NCBI GenBank assembly: GCA_964019425.1
Contig: OZ025787.1
Location: forward strand, 992,001-1,056,000
Direction: 5' to 3'
Length of the DNA stretch: 64,000 nucleotides
Origin: Flectonema sp. DT1601
Taxonomy: Eukaryota
Part shown: piece after piece, positions 46,901 to 59,526 of the stretch
Layout: each line of letters opens with the position of its first letter
Numbering within the stretch: the first letter of the stretch is position 1
Made by a program: the position numbers and the translations under genes
The notes under the pieces: generated by a model
Database searches by the model: none
Told to the model about the DNA's origin: nothing
What the model saw: the letters and a program-made list of their open reading frames with translations, nothing else

Positions 46901-49107
46901 GAAGGCGGAGTTCTCGGACCAGATGAGTAAACAGGTGATGTGTACGATGGTTGATAATATCTTTCAGGTGAAGCAGCTCTCATAGGTGATCCCTGATTGG
47001 TTCTGTAGTTGTTGTATGCATCGTATCCTCTAGGACTACCTCCATATTGATAATTCATATCTCTATTCCCATATCCTGAAGGTCTAGTTCTTGTAGGGCT
47101 GTACGATCTCTCTCTGTAGTGTGACATGTTGGAGTGCGCTGTTTACTGGGGAGGAAATAACTGATAAAGGGTGTGGACTGCTCTCCTGCCGCGCGCATTT
47201 TTTTTTTTTGTTGTTGTTGTTGGTTGTTTTGTGAAATCCATAGTATACCGTATACAAAATCAACAAAATCCCTCCCCTGCTGTGTCGTGGTCGGTCTAAG
47301 ACCGCTATTCGCAGCAACTTTTGTCTCATCCAGAGCGCTAATAATTCGTGGACCCCGCCCTCCAATATGTTAGTTATCAACAAAAAGAATAAAAGACAAA
47401 CCTGAAAGCCGAATAGTTTGAATTCCTCCATGGACCATATCAGTATTCGTGTCGACGTCGATAAGACGAACAAAGATGTACTTCGGAGTCGACGGATTGC
47501 CAGCGCCAATCGTAACCTTTGTCGCTATAGATACTTTGTATGTAAATTGATTCTTTGCTACGACACCTCTGTAAGAGAGTGTTTGGTCTGAACCAGTAGC
47601 ACCAGCATTAGCTGTTACTACTGTTTCTGTTTGCGATATGACCCTCCAAGTCCACGAGTTAGTAGTTGGAGATATCCTCCACGGAAAGTTTAACGTAAAT
47701 CTACTTTGTAAGATTTGTGTTCCAGAGAACGCAATTGAAGGAGTAGTTTGTTTCTTAACCCTAAAGGTATATAAGAAATCTAAATCGATATCGTACAAGT
47801 GGTACAGCTGAGAGGTATGGGTTCCTAAATTTACCCATATGGCGTATTCTTGATTAACTGTCGGCAAGGAATAGCAAACATTGAATAACTGCCATCCACT
47901 AGTTGAAAATAACATTTCATTTGCTGCTGAGAACAGTGGTGTTGTAACTGTTGTGTCTCTAGATCCAACAGACACACTCATAGTTCTATTGTATCCAGTT
48001 CGAATCCTTCCGATTGAACATAATATAATATCAGCCTCCGCAAGATTCTCGTTCCTAAGTACTCTAATTGCTGTGTCAGTTGTCCCTGTGCTGGCTACTT
48101 GAAGCTTTAACAAACCTGCTTCTTCAGTAGGTCTGTAAGAAGCAGTCAGATCTCCATCGAGACTGGCATGTACCTTCCAAACATTTCCCGTACTCCCTCC
48201 CTGAGATAAGTCAGGATTCGCTTGGTATGTTTGTGCATTCGCATCGTAGACGGCGTAGCCAACAGTTATACCCAGGAGCTGTTTATTTTTGATAAGAATA
48301 AAATGAAAATATTAATAATAATAAACAATCACATACATTACTAGAAGGATTAACAACTGTGTTGGCAGGCAGCATTGTTGAGTAATCAAACATCGGAGCA
48401 CTTCTTTCAGATGTGGAGCTAACAGCCCAGGTACTAGGAAGCGCGGTTCCCCAGTTTGCCATCACTAAAGCATTACAAGGCGCTCCAGTAGTCTCACAAA
48501 AAGTTACACCATTGTGAGGGTGGAACGCAACAGCTCCAAAACTTGCTGTTTTTGGAAGGCAAACACCAGTTGGTGCTAGACCTGGAACCGAATACAATAT
48601 AACGTTATGCCTCTGGGAATACATAGCCTCTGTAAACCCAGAGGTAATTTGTAAATTGACATTCGCTCCAAACCTTCCTGGTAACCCTGTTCTTATTGGG
48701 TTTCCATCGGCGTTGAATGTCAGACTGTTACTGAGCCATATGATTGCGAGTTGGAATCCAGTTTCAGTATTAACGTTGGCGTAACCAGAAACAGAGTAAG
48801 AGGTTTGAATTTCATTATTGATTGTACGTTTCATTGTTGCATTAAATACACCTTCCTCACTAGTATGAAACAGAGTGATATCATGTACTGTTGTTGTTGG
48901 TATCACACCGACAACGGTTTGTGTTGTTGTTCGCAGACCAATTCCGGTTCTTACACCACCGCATTTTCCAACGCCTGAAACCTGTACTAGAAGTCTTCCG
49001 TATGCGAATGAAGCATCAGACATAACTCCTCCTCCAGTGTACCCTGGATAGAACGCGTTTTCTAAACCTGCAAGACTGCTCAGAGTGAGCAGCAAGGAGA
49101 GAATCAT
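43963..49107 (-). CDS. Predicted 4-exon type I membrane protein (~922 aa): exons 49107-48337, 48278-47402, 45149-45036, 44969-43963
   Basis: Signal peptide MILSLLLTLSSLAG. Introns are 48336-48279 (GTATGT..CAG, phase 0), 47401-45150 (GTTTGT..CAG, phase 1) and 45035-44970 (GTATGT..CAG, phase 1); all preserve frame. TM segment WYAILFCVIAATTIMGMAFA is followed by an acidic tail. The long intron is the least certain join. Confidence 0.7.
46114..47127 (-). CDS. Glutathione S-transferase (theta-like) with ~120-aa Ser/Pro/Arg/Tyr-rich N-terminal extension
   Basis: SQPCRS motif, INPSGQVPAL, LSESLAILKYL and C-terminal YIAGYQMSIGDF. Confidence 0.92.
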   Translation of the reverse strand: MSHYRERSYSPTRTRPSGYGNRDMNYQYGGSPRGYDAYNNYRTNQGSPMRAASPERYYQPSYTSPVYSSGPRTPPSQERSPYRSYRMGPSLSTVNVAVPPPVQTSYNGIYSSPSSNGSPRRFTEHRLLTHPVSQPCRSIETYIKMKRLSGIQLQPVDLFNKEHKSPELMRINPSGQVPALVMADQPESLSESLAILKYLDSERNTGFVPKNPKEAALLDEYCGFHLSGVRKLSTDYFLKFIFGGPGMQDSGKEVLTKTLNSLETRLKKYPYIAGYQMSIGDFLVVPEVDQLLFMPGNVLSSEHHPNLVAYIYRMHQIPAFKESFEGARAALQKIGKI

Positions 49108-50790
49108 TTTATCTGCTTACTGAAGGAAATGATGTAAATCGCTGACATTCTTGATCTTTAAAAAATGGTCTTCCGATATATTTGATTTCGGTCAGCTTTT
49201 TGCTAAATAAATAAATTGACATCAGCCTTTCAATAAAATACTAACATTGTGGAATATCCATGCCGCAAAAAAAAAAAAAACACGACAGACAGTGCGAATG
49301 CATTGCCCGTAGACTGAACATAACAAAACTAAATAAGAATAGAAAGGGAAATAGGAAACTCTTCCCCTCGTTCGAAGAATGGCACCAACCAGGATTAAGG
49401 TCGACCTTGTTCGCAACAGAAAATGTCGGACATGTGATGGGTGCTAACACTTGAAGAGAATAGGTTTCACAGTGAGCTAGATTTCTCTTGGCTTTCTGTC
49501 CACAATGCTCATCAGGGGTAAGAATCCCACACAGTGCCAAGCAATTACTAACGACACACAAGTCATTAAACAAAAAATATTGTTTTTGAATAACAAAATA
49601 GTTCGTATGAACGCATTTCAGGCGGTGATAGGTCTCAAGGTCAGGTATCTTTTTGTTCTCTTTGTTATTTTTTTCTTCTTGCTTTCTTTATTTTCAGTCA
49701 ATACGACGTCTAGTGACCGAACAAGAACACAATTCAGCAGCAGATGATATTTATTCACTCTTTTTTGCTCCCTTTTTTCTTTTTTTTGTTAAACTTAATT
49801 AACAGTTTCATTAATAAAAATCAACAACAACATTAGAAAACGATAGTGAACACCACAGGATTATTCTTGTGAGGAAAAAATCAAGAATTACTGCAAAGTT
49901 TATTGACAGTTTGATAAAGACGTCCATAATATTACATTACTTATTATGCATCGCTGATACACAGCAAACGGAGCATCGGTACGGCAACTTTCCGCCTACC
50001 AACTTTGATGTTGCTATGATTCAAACCAACAAGAAGATCAACACACTCCGCAGACAGCGTCAAAAAACAGGGGGGGAAATGTTTTTTCAAATGTTTTTTT
50101 TTTTTTTCACTCTTCGTAGTTATCTGATCTCACAAACCGCATGAAACAGTAGATGAGAAAAAGACAAGGAAAGCATCTCCGCTACGCTTCACAGGAGGGA
50201 TGGGCTGGGGAGTTAATATTTCAAAATAGTAACTTATGAGGCAGTTGACTAAAAGTTATGTCAGTTTTGGTAAACACTCGTGTGAATGTCGTAAAAGAGT
50301 ATCTTAAAAATTATTAAATTCAACTTAAAAAAAAATGAAAACAAGCGAATCACGAAAAAAGAAAAATTAAACAAACAAAAAACAAACAAACAAAAAAAAA
50401 AAAAAATAGTAGCGACAACATAGTGATGAAATGCTTTCAAATTACAAATTTGTCGCATGTGAGAACGGTTGTTTTATTTTTATAAAGGATACAGGTTGTA
50501 GTATTAATAACGAAACGCTAATGTAACATCTTGTTAAGGATACAGCAACCTATTGTGAAACTCTAACCTTCTATCTCTCATCACAAGAGTTGATTATATT
50601 TGCTTTTTTTAAATTAATAAAAAAAAAAGAAATCATTAAAAAAATGCCGACAAGCCTTACGCAGAATTCACATATACAACCACCTAACAAGTAATTGTTG
50701 TGAGTAGATAAAATGAGTTAAGATTTGTTAATTAGCTGTTTACAGAATGAACGATGCGATACAGCTGTGAAATTTGTTTTTGCATGATAC

Positions 50791-50827
<37 letters not shown>

Positions 50828-51979
50828 TGGAAGAAGATAAACGCTACTACAGCGTTTCAAGTATTAAAAGATTAATTCAAAATCACATTAATGAATATTC
50901 CAACAAGAGAAAGCATGACCAATCAAATCAAGTCATATAACTCTAGAGTACGGAAAAGCATTCAGAAGGGAACGGAGCTACACCATCTGAGAAAGATCAA
51001 GTACAGCCTACTATACTAATCAGGCTAAGCTTTTATCACAAAACGAGTGTTTTTTTTTTTTTTCCTTTCGATGAAGGCGATCATTGCATTAAAAAACCTT
51101 TCCTCTACAAAGAAACACATCGCATGTTATTATTAACGGAGAGGGAAAAGGAAAAAGGCCCCGATTTTTTTTTTTTTTTTATTATCAAATTAACTTCATA
51201 ATACAAAAAAAAAAAAAAAGGTTGGTTTAGTATAAATTAAACAAGCTGGCAACTAACGCTTTGGCTCCATCTCAATTTTTCTTTTAGCAATAATAATTAA
51301 AAAAAAGGTTTTTTAAAGAAATACATTATCACCCCCTCTAAAAGAAATGATTCTTGCATTGCCACGAAGAAAAACCGCACAATCAAAAACAGTGGTTTCC
51401 AAACTAATTCGCCTAATCGTAATCTGGTCAAACTTAGAGTTAATCAGAAATACGGATTACGTGTTGCTAACATGTTGTTACTCTACAAAATGGCGATCTG
51501 GGGACGTAGTTTCCGTCAATGTTCAAACTAAGATTCCGTCAAGGATTGTTTTCGTATCAAATACTCTGAACCAATAAAGAAAACAACAACAACAACAACA
51601 ACAACAACAAAGCTACCAGTTTCAGTCCCCTGGGGTTCCCCTCGCACGGTAAAACTTCTTCGCAGGAATGCTCAACAATAAAAAAAACAAAAAAAAAGGG
51701 AGAGTGGATCAAAAGACACATTGTCTTTTCAAAGTAAACAATAAGTAAAAAAATCCAGAATGGAAACGACGTGTTTTTAAAAGCCACGATCATCCCCTAA
51801 AGCTGATCATTGAATGATAATAAAAAAAACGTAAATTATTATTTAAAAAAAAAAAAAAGAAGTAATTCACTCTTTAACATTAAAAAAGTATGATGTGGTG
51901 AACGAATAATTTGCCGTAGCGCAAAAAACAAACCAAGTAAATTAAAGGACCACGTAAGGACAAGCAACGAACAGTAAGT

Positions 51980-54900
51980 TCACTCTGCGATGATGAGATC
52001 TGGTTCGTCTTTCGATTCCATCTCTAAAAGGGACAGCTCTGTTGGCTGCTTATCAGACTTTTTACGAGTTTTTAGCAAGTAAATACCAACGACACATAAA
52101 ACTAAACAACAAAGACTGGAGCTTACTATTAATGCGAGACTCCAGAATTTATCCTTCTTTGATGGAGACGGAGTCTGTGACTCAGGCTCAGGAGATTCTG
52201 TTACTGGCGGCAAATTCTGTGGCGAATTTGTATTTTGCAGAGCGGTATCCAACTTGAGAAGAGTCGCCCCTTGAACGCGAAGCAAATCATTTCTGTTTAA
52301 CTCAACAGCTGCAGCAGTCATCAACAATGAATTCTTAACAGGGAGAACAAACCTTTCTGATATTGTTAAGTCGATGTATATCTTAGTTTGATTATTTATC
52401 TTCTCTGGTTTTGGATTTGTTATTTCTTCATCTTCAGTGACTGAACCAAACGGAATCTTTACCGCTCCTTTATGATCAGATAAATTTAATTTATTATACT
52501 CGCTCATCTCTTCATAGGCTTCTGTTACCCATGTTGCTGGGATCTTTACTCCGTATTCTAACCTTATATTTTCTGACGCATTGTACGGAGCAAAGGTAAC
52601 TGGGGATAACGACTGCAATAACCGACTGTGTTCGGGAATCGAACTTGAGAGTAAAAGCAGTAATTTTCTTAAAAACCTTTTTGGCTCAGTTCGAATGTCT
52701 TCTATAAAACCGTTTATGATTAATCGATAATTTGGTTGAGGAATTATTGAAGAAATAAACGTTTTTTCTGAACAGTAAACTCCCCTAGAGGAACAACACT
52801 GACTTCTTTGGGTTGACGTCAAACTGGCTAAGTCAGCGTTACAGTCAACTGAACAACCAACATTCTCATGCAAACAACAATACTTCATCTTTAAAGGTGA
52901 CCAGCTATTGATTTCGTCAGATCCTACATAGCAAGCCATGTTTAGGCTTGGCATATTCTTGTTGATTTTTAATGCTGAGTTTCGTTGTTTCAGAGATTGC
53001 TGAGATGCGCAGACTTTTCCTTGCCAACCATTCTCGTGAATCGTGTACCTGTTGCAATTTATAAAATCACAACCAATTCCCTTTAGGCTACAGCAGGACT
53101 GTTTCTTAGCAGGTGACCACGACTTTGTTGATTCTACGTATCTTGAAGAAGTGAGAGTGAAATTAGTTTCTATCGATGACACCTGACAATCATATTTTGG
53201 AATTGGACACGCCATTTGGAAAGTATTACAGCAATGAACCTGTTGACTGTATGGCATGTGTTCAATTGGTATCTTACAAGTTGAAGTACTATTAGTTGAT
53301 GAGTAAGAATGACAGAACACTTTATGGTATGTGCAACAATAAGAACGAGCAGCGTCTGTTTTTGGTGGATTCCTGAAATCTAAACATTTCTCTGTGTATG
53401 GTGATGGTGAACACTCACCTATCTCACACTCAAGACCTTGTTGTGATGGACACTGACCACTCGCTGAACAAAACGGTAGTCGTGGATCTTCAACTACAAC
53501 AACATTCGTAACTTTTAATTGACATATTCCATCAACACAAGTTGTCTTAACTGGACATGATTTCTCTCTTCCTACACAGTTGTCTCCTATAAATAAAAAT
53601 GCTTGCAAACACGTTTTGGTTTCCGCAGAGCAGAAGAGTTCGTCTCCAGGATTACTCATACACATCTTATAAAAACATGGAAGGTCTCCTTGAGTTTCAC
53701 ACTTTTCATTCAAGCGGGACCGAGGGATACAAGTCTTCGTTGAGGAGCACATCTTAACTCCAGTATACTGCAGTACTTGTGGTGTACATGTCTCTGTTGA
53801 GGAACAGTCAGCATCGCTCATGCAGTATTTTTCAGTTACTGGTAGCGGGTTAACTACAACAACTGGTTCCTCACAACCGTACAGACCTGTTGTTGTTATT
53901 GTTTTTATGATTTGAGCACACAGACACAGTACAAAACTAATAGTAACTACAAACCTTGAGCAATCATTTTACATTCAGTACCTCTGGGGCAGTCAGAAGA
54001 GCGATCAAACAGTTGTTTATCACGGCGGCAGATATCGTGGATTTTTAAAACTTGTAAGCATTTCAAAGGGGTGAGAGCAACGATGCCACCCCCAGTGTTA
54101 GAACTGCATTGTAAAGATGATTCGCACGGTCTATCTCCACAGGTGAGTCCAGTACAGAATTCACCGAATGATGCAAAAGGTAAACAACTTTCATCTTTGG
54201 AACACGTGCCAGTGGCCAACAGCGAGGATCCACAATAATGTTCAGCAGAGCAGTTTGCGTCACTAGAACATTCAGATTGTAGAACTAACGGAGAGGGGGA
54301 GTGTGTAGTTTGTTTTTGACAAATACTATCAACACAATGTAGTCCTGGTAAACAATCATTTGATCTGTCTATCATGGTACGTTTTAAAGCAGTTCCATAA
54401 CGACATGATTCTCCTTCGTGTAAAAACTCATTTTGACAGGTCCCTCTAACGAGTGGGTTGAGAGGTGCTGAAATACATTTTAAACCTGACTTGCATGAAC
54501 CGAATCGACAGAGTTCATTCCCGACTGCTCCACAGGATTCGTTGACGCCAAGTCGTGGAGAGCAGACTTTGTCGTTACTTGCACCACACAGTAAGTCATT
54601 AGTAATTGAATCAATCTTTTGTGATAATTTACAAAATTGATCTTCCGGACAATCGGAGAGAGTTGAGGTACAACTAGTGCATACCAGAGCGGTACACCTC
54701 CACCATCCAAATCGACAAACACAAGTGTTACAATCTAGATCCACAAGATCTCCATCAGAGCACTTTACCAAAATTGGTGTAGTACAGATATCATTAATAC
54801 ACGACAGACCTTCTTGACAAAATAATCCATCACAAAACGAAAGTTGTGTAGGAGCTTTACCACAAGATCTACTGGTAGTAGGTCCCAGACATGCTAAAGA

Positions 54901-57216
54901 AGAAGCACACACGCTTCTGATGTCACAATGCTGGTCAAGAAGTTGTTTTTGATAACTGCAGTAGCCCCATCGACAGACATTATTTTTTTCATCGCAATCT
55001 GAATCAGTATCGCATTCAGTGTAATTATAACTTGATCGTATTTTACAGATATGTAACTCGGTATCACAATATTGCTTTGACTGGTACTCACAGTACCCAT
55101 CAGTAGAACATAGTTGTTCCATGCAGAATCCTTGTTTAGGTGCGTCATCCATTGGCATACATTTCAAGTGTTCCTCACAGCCAGAACGTACAGCAACAGG
55201 GTTGCATGGTTGTAAGACAGATTTTCTTGGGACACAATCACCAAGTACCACATCGCATCGTAAAGCCTGAGGACAATCACCAGTCGAGTAGCATCGAGGA
55301 GGAGAGCAGCGATGTTCGGTTGAGTTGTAGCCGTCGTCAAATCCTATTGCAGATTGAAGACATTTATAACCATCAGAACACTGGGAATCGGTAGTGCAGA
55401 GATCACCTAAATTCAATGCAAGTTTACAATAACCAACATCACCTTTTGCAGTTTGTTCACATATTGCTGGTGATTCGCAACTTTTAAATCCTACCTCACA
55501 TGATTTCCCCAAAGGAGACTTATTTCTATAAACACACACATGATGTACGGAACCTTCATGGAGTTTGCACTCAAATTGTTCGTCGCAAACAGTACCCAGC
55601 GGATGACAATTACCTCCTTCGATTTGTAAACCGCAAATAAAAATATTAGCACTCGGCCTACAAACGAATGGTATCTCACATGGCTGTCCACCAGTTTTAC
55701 ACTGAGATCCTCTCGGTAAGAACATCACGTCTAACGGACTGCGAATGTTTGAGCAAACGTAACCAACACCAGAAGCAAGAGCACATGTGTATGGTACTTC
55801 ACAAGGTGTTGATCCAAGCTGACATGGAGCACCTAATTCAATCGGTGGTTTATCTTTGACAGTACAGGTATAGCTGTTAGCCGAGTCTTGCTGACACACT
55901 AATGGAAACACACAATGTCTTCCATTAGGATCACATCCCTCATCTTCAGCAACATAAAGTTCAGAACAACTGTAATCCGATTCAGAGAACTGTTGACAAA
56001 CATAAGGTGGCCTGCAAGGGATACTATTTATTTTACAAATATCATTCTTTTCTACAAACGATGGAAGTCGACAATTGTGACTATCAGTTCCGTTAGAAAG
56101 ACACTCAATAGGATCCTTACAAGGTATCCCACCTACAGAACAGACATCACCCTCGATAATATAATCATTACAGCGATACGTGTTGTTAGTGTATCTTAGA
56201 CAAGAATGAGGATAGGCACATTTTATATGTGAATTCGGATCACAAACTTCATGTAATAAAATAGGAGTCACCTGACATCTATAACCATATTTCTCAACCT
56301 GAACACACTCATAGGCACTATGGCAGTGATTGTTTTTAATATCACAGGCTACTCCCAAAGGTAATGCAACAGGTGCATAAGTGCGCAAATGCTCACATCT
56401 GGATTCGTTTTGTTTCTTAGAAGCGCACGTTAAGGTTGAAAGGCACGGTGGGGACGCGTGAACACCCCAGCAATCGTCACCAAGTGTTAATCTCCTCTTT
56501 AAACAAAAGTTATCAAGACACACTGTATTCGGGTAGGTGTCGTAGCCAGTACAGTCAGAGTTTACCTTACATGAGTCTTGTGCTACTCTTTGTGTTATAC
56601 ACTTCTTATTAGTGCATTTTAAATATCTAAAACCCCTGCAATCGCCGTTGCTATCGCATGGTATTTCATGGCAACGAAACCCAGCAGACGACGTATTCAC
56701 ACAATGAGTTTCTTCAGAACAATTATCGATATCTGGATCACACGATTCACCAGGTAAAGCTGAAGCAACACAAGTATTGTTAGTATCAGAACAATAACCA
56801 TTTATGGGACAGTCGTTTGGACCAATGCAAGGGACGGGTTTGCAAGCTTTACTTTTTCTATCTTGCAAGGTAGTACATATTAAATTATGACTACAACCAT
56901 CAGGATAGTCAAAACAAGAATCATCTTCTTGTAGTGAATTATAACAGATTCCAGAGAAACAACGTTCTGAGTGACTACATGAAGAAGACTCGCTGCACTG
57001 TTGCTCTCTGCATGTTGCGATTTCACTTCCAGGGGGTGCACTGCAGATAAATGGTAATTGGCATCCGGTCTCTCTTAAGTCGCACTCTTCCCCTAAAGAT
57101 AGTCGATTACGACATCTGTTTTTCTGATTACAGAATTTTGAGGAATAACAATTCCTGTCATCTCTACATTTGCCAGACAGAGAGACTGCGAGTATTAATG
57201 TTAACATCGCCATCAC
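51980..57216 (-). CDS. Large Cys-rich type I membrane protein (~1722 aa; exons 57216-53955 and 53886-51980)
   Basis: Signal peptide MMAMLTLILAVSLSG and dozens of 4-6-Cys modules. A 68-nt intron 53954-53887 (GTTTGT..CAG, phase 1) joins the two track ORFs in frame (AQG-LYGCEEP). TM segment FWSLALIVSSSLCCLVLCVVGIYLL is followed by basic residues. Confidence 0.9.
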
Positions 57217-59526
57217 TGTTTGTGTCCTGGGGAAATGAATTTAAAGTAGGCGGAATAAAAAAAAAATAAAATAAACAGCAAATATCATTGTAATTGCTAT
57301 GAGAAAAACTATAAAACAATTACTACTTTTTAATGACAACTACTTAACGATAATTTCTCAATACGAAGGGGTAACCCTGTTAGTTAGCCGGGGTTGAAAT
57401 AAGTTCTGTTTTTTAGATTGGGAAAACTGGACAGTCGGTTTGTCATTTTTTTTTCTTTTTTTTCTTTCTAATTAATTCCAGTTATTTCTTTAAAGCATTC
57501 TTACTTCTTAAGGGGACGCGAGGAGGGATTCCATTATTGGTAATTATTATTATTATTATTTATTACTTTTTTTTTTTTTTTTTTTAAATTCTCCGAAAAA
57601 AAGGTGGTGTTTGTTTTTTTTTTTTTTTGTTGTTTTTTTTTTTTTATTATACAATAGCACAAAAAAAAGTGGGATCGGGGGAGCAGCCTCAAAAAAATCA
57701 ACATCGCCGCACTGAAAATGTTAATACTTTCGGAATCGACTTTTTTATGTCCATCAGAGGCGTCCGAAAAAATAAGCCGTTTTATCGAATCTCGTGGTGG
57801 CTGCTAAGTTCAGTCTACATAAAAAAGAATAAATTCGAGACCCCTTTCCAGCAAGAAAAGAGACATCAATTAATGACCAAAATCTTTTTTTTTTTTTTTC
57901 GGACTTAGAAACACCAACAGGGATTGCAGCATTTATAAGCAAGATTGAGCGAAGCAGGCAGCAGCAACAACAACAGTATTATATAAAATAAAATTAAAAA
58001 AAAGGGTAAAATTACCAACTAGTTATATGCGTAACACAGAGTACTCACTATAAGCTTCGTTGATAGGGTGTACCTCAAATAGTAAAGAGCTATTAAATTT
58101 CTTATTCGCATGAAAAAAAAAGCAGAACAAACAACAACCGGGAAGAAAAAAAAATATAAAGTTGTTAATCCACCGTAAGGGATTCACTTGAGACAAAAAT
58201 GGGGGATTCTCTTTTCCAAAAAAAAAAAAGAAAGAAAAAAATTAATCAAGAGACACTTTCCTTTTTAATTCATTACCTTAAATCAACGTAATTATCAGTG
58301 TGAAACAGCCCTTGTTGTCTACCTTTTTTTTGTTTGTTTTTTTAATAATTTTCCAAAAAACTTTCTCTGGAATACAGAATAGCAGATGACGCACGTAACT
58401 AAGACTTTGCTCCTGACAACTTCAACCCGTTTAAAAAAAAAAAAAAAAAAAAAAACCCGAAGGAAAAAAAATGTAAAAAGTAGACACATCCTGTAAGGCA
58501 CTATTTAGTTACTGCATTGGTTCTTGCAACTTATTAAAATCCTAAATTCAAAATTTAAAATGACAAAAAAAAAAAAAAAAAAAAGGGGGGAAAAAAAGAG
58601 AAAAATCTCGGGGACAAAACCACTTGGTTAGGGCAGTAGTCGGAGGTTGACAATAATTTCTGTTTTGCACACGAACCATAATCCAGTAAAGAAAAACAAC
58701 AGACTATTATGCGCTTTTTTTTTTTTTTTTTTTTTTTTTTTTCCTCACCTCCCGCTTAAAAAAAAAAAGATTAGAAAGAAAAGGACGGAGAGGAAAATGA
58801 ACCGGAAGAAAAAATAAATAAAAAAAAATAGTGGTCAGTACTCCCAGTGGGGTTATTTCTTGGTAATTTTAGTTGCTGCGTTGAAACAAGACAGCAATTT
58901 TTCGAATAGCGACATGGACAAGAACAAACAATTCTTTTTTTTTTTTTTTTGTGTGAGGAGATGCATAGAACCGACGGTAATCAATAAAACGGTGTATGGG
59001 AGCACTACAAAGACAAATCCAATTCAAGGGGAAAAGGAAAAAACGGAGGCTAGTGAGAATGAGCAAAACATCGATACAAATAAACAATAAAATAAATCAC
59101 TCCCGACTGAAGGGGCAGCAGTTAGAATGCCTTACTTGAAGAAGCGAAACAGAGAACATAGAACTTGCCTTCTACATCACTTACAAAAAGGAGAGTCCGC
59201 GCACTACGAAACAATATGACTTTGTTGATCAATACCACATGCGGGTTACTATGAAAAACAAAGCCGATAACTTCATAGGAGGAGGCTAGCAATCATAGAA
59301 CAGACTACACTTTTTCTTTAACAAGTTCTTTGGTAAATTATTTTATTATTGTCCTTTTAATTCGTAATTATTACAATCTCAGAGGGGGGAAAATGGGAAA
59401 GGAAGAAAAGAAAAGAAACCCCAAATTATTGTTACTCCCCCAACATGTCTATAGCCTTAATCCAAGCTAGCCTGCCTTATATGCGCGATGTCGACCAGCT
59501 GTCACCATAAATTTACCAAGTATCGA

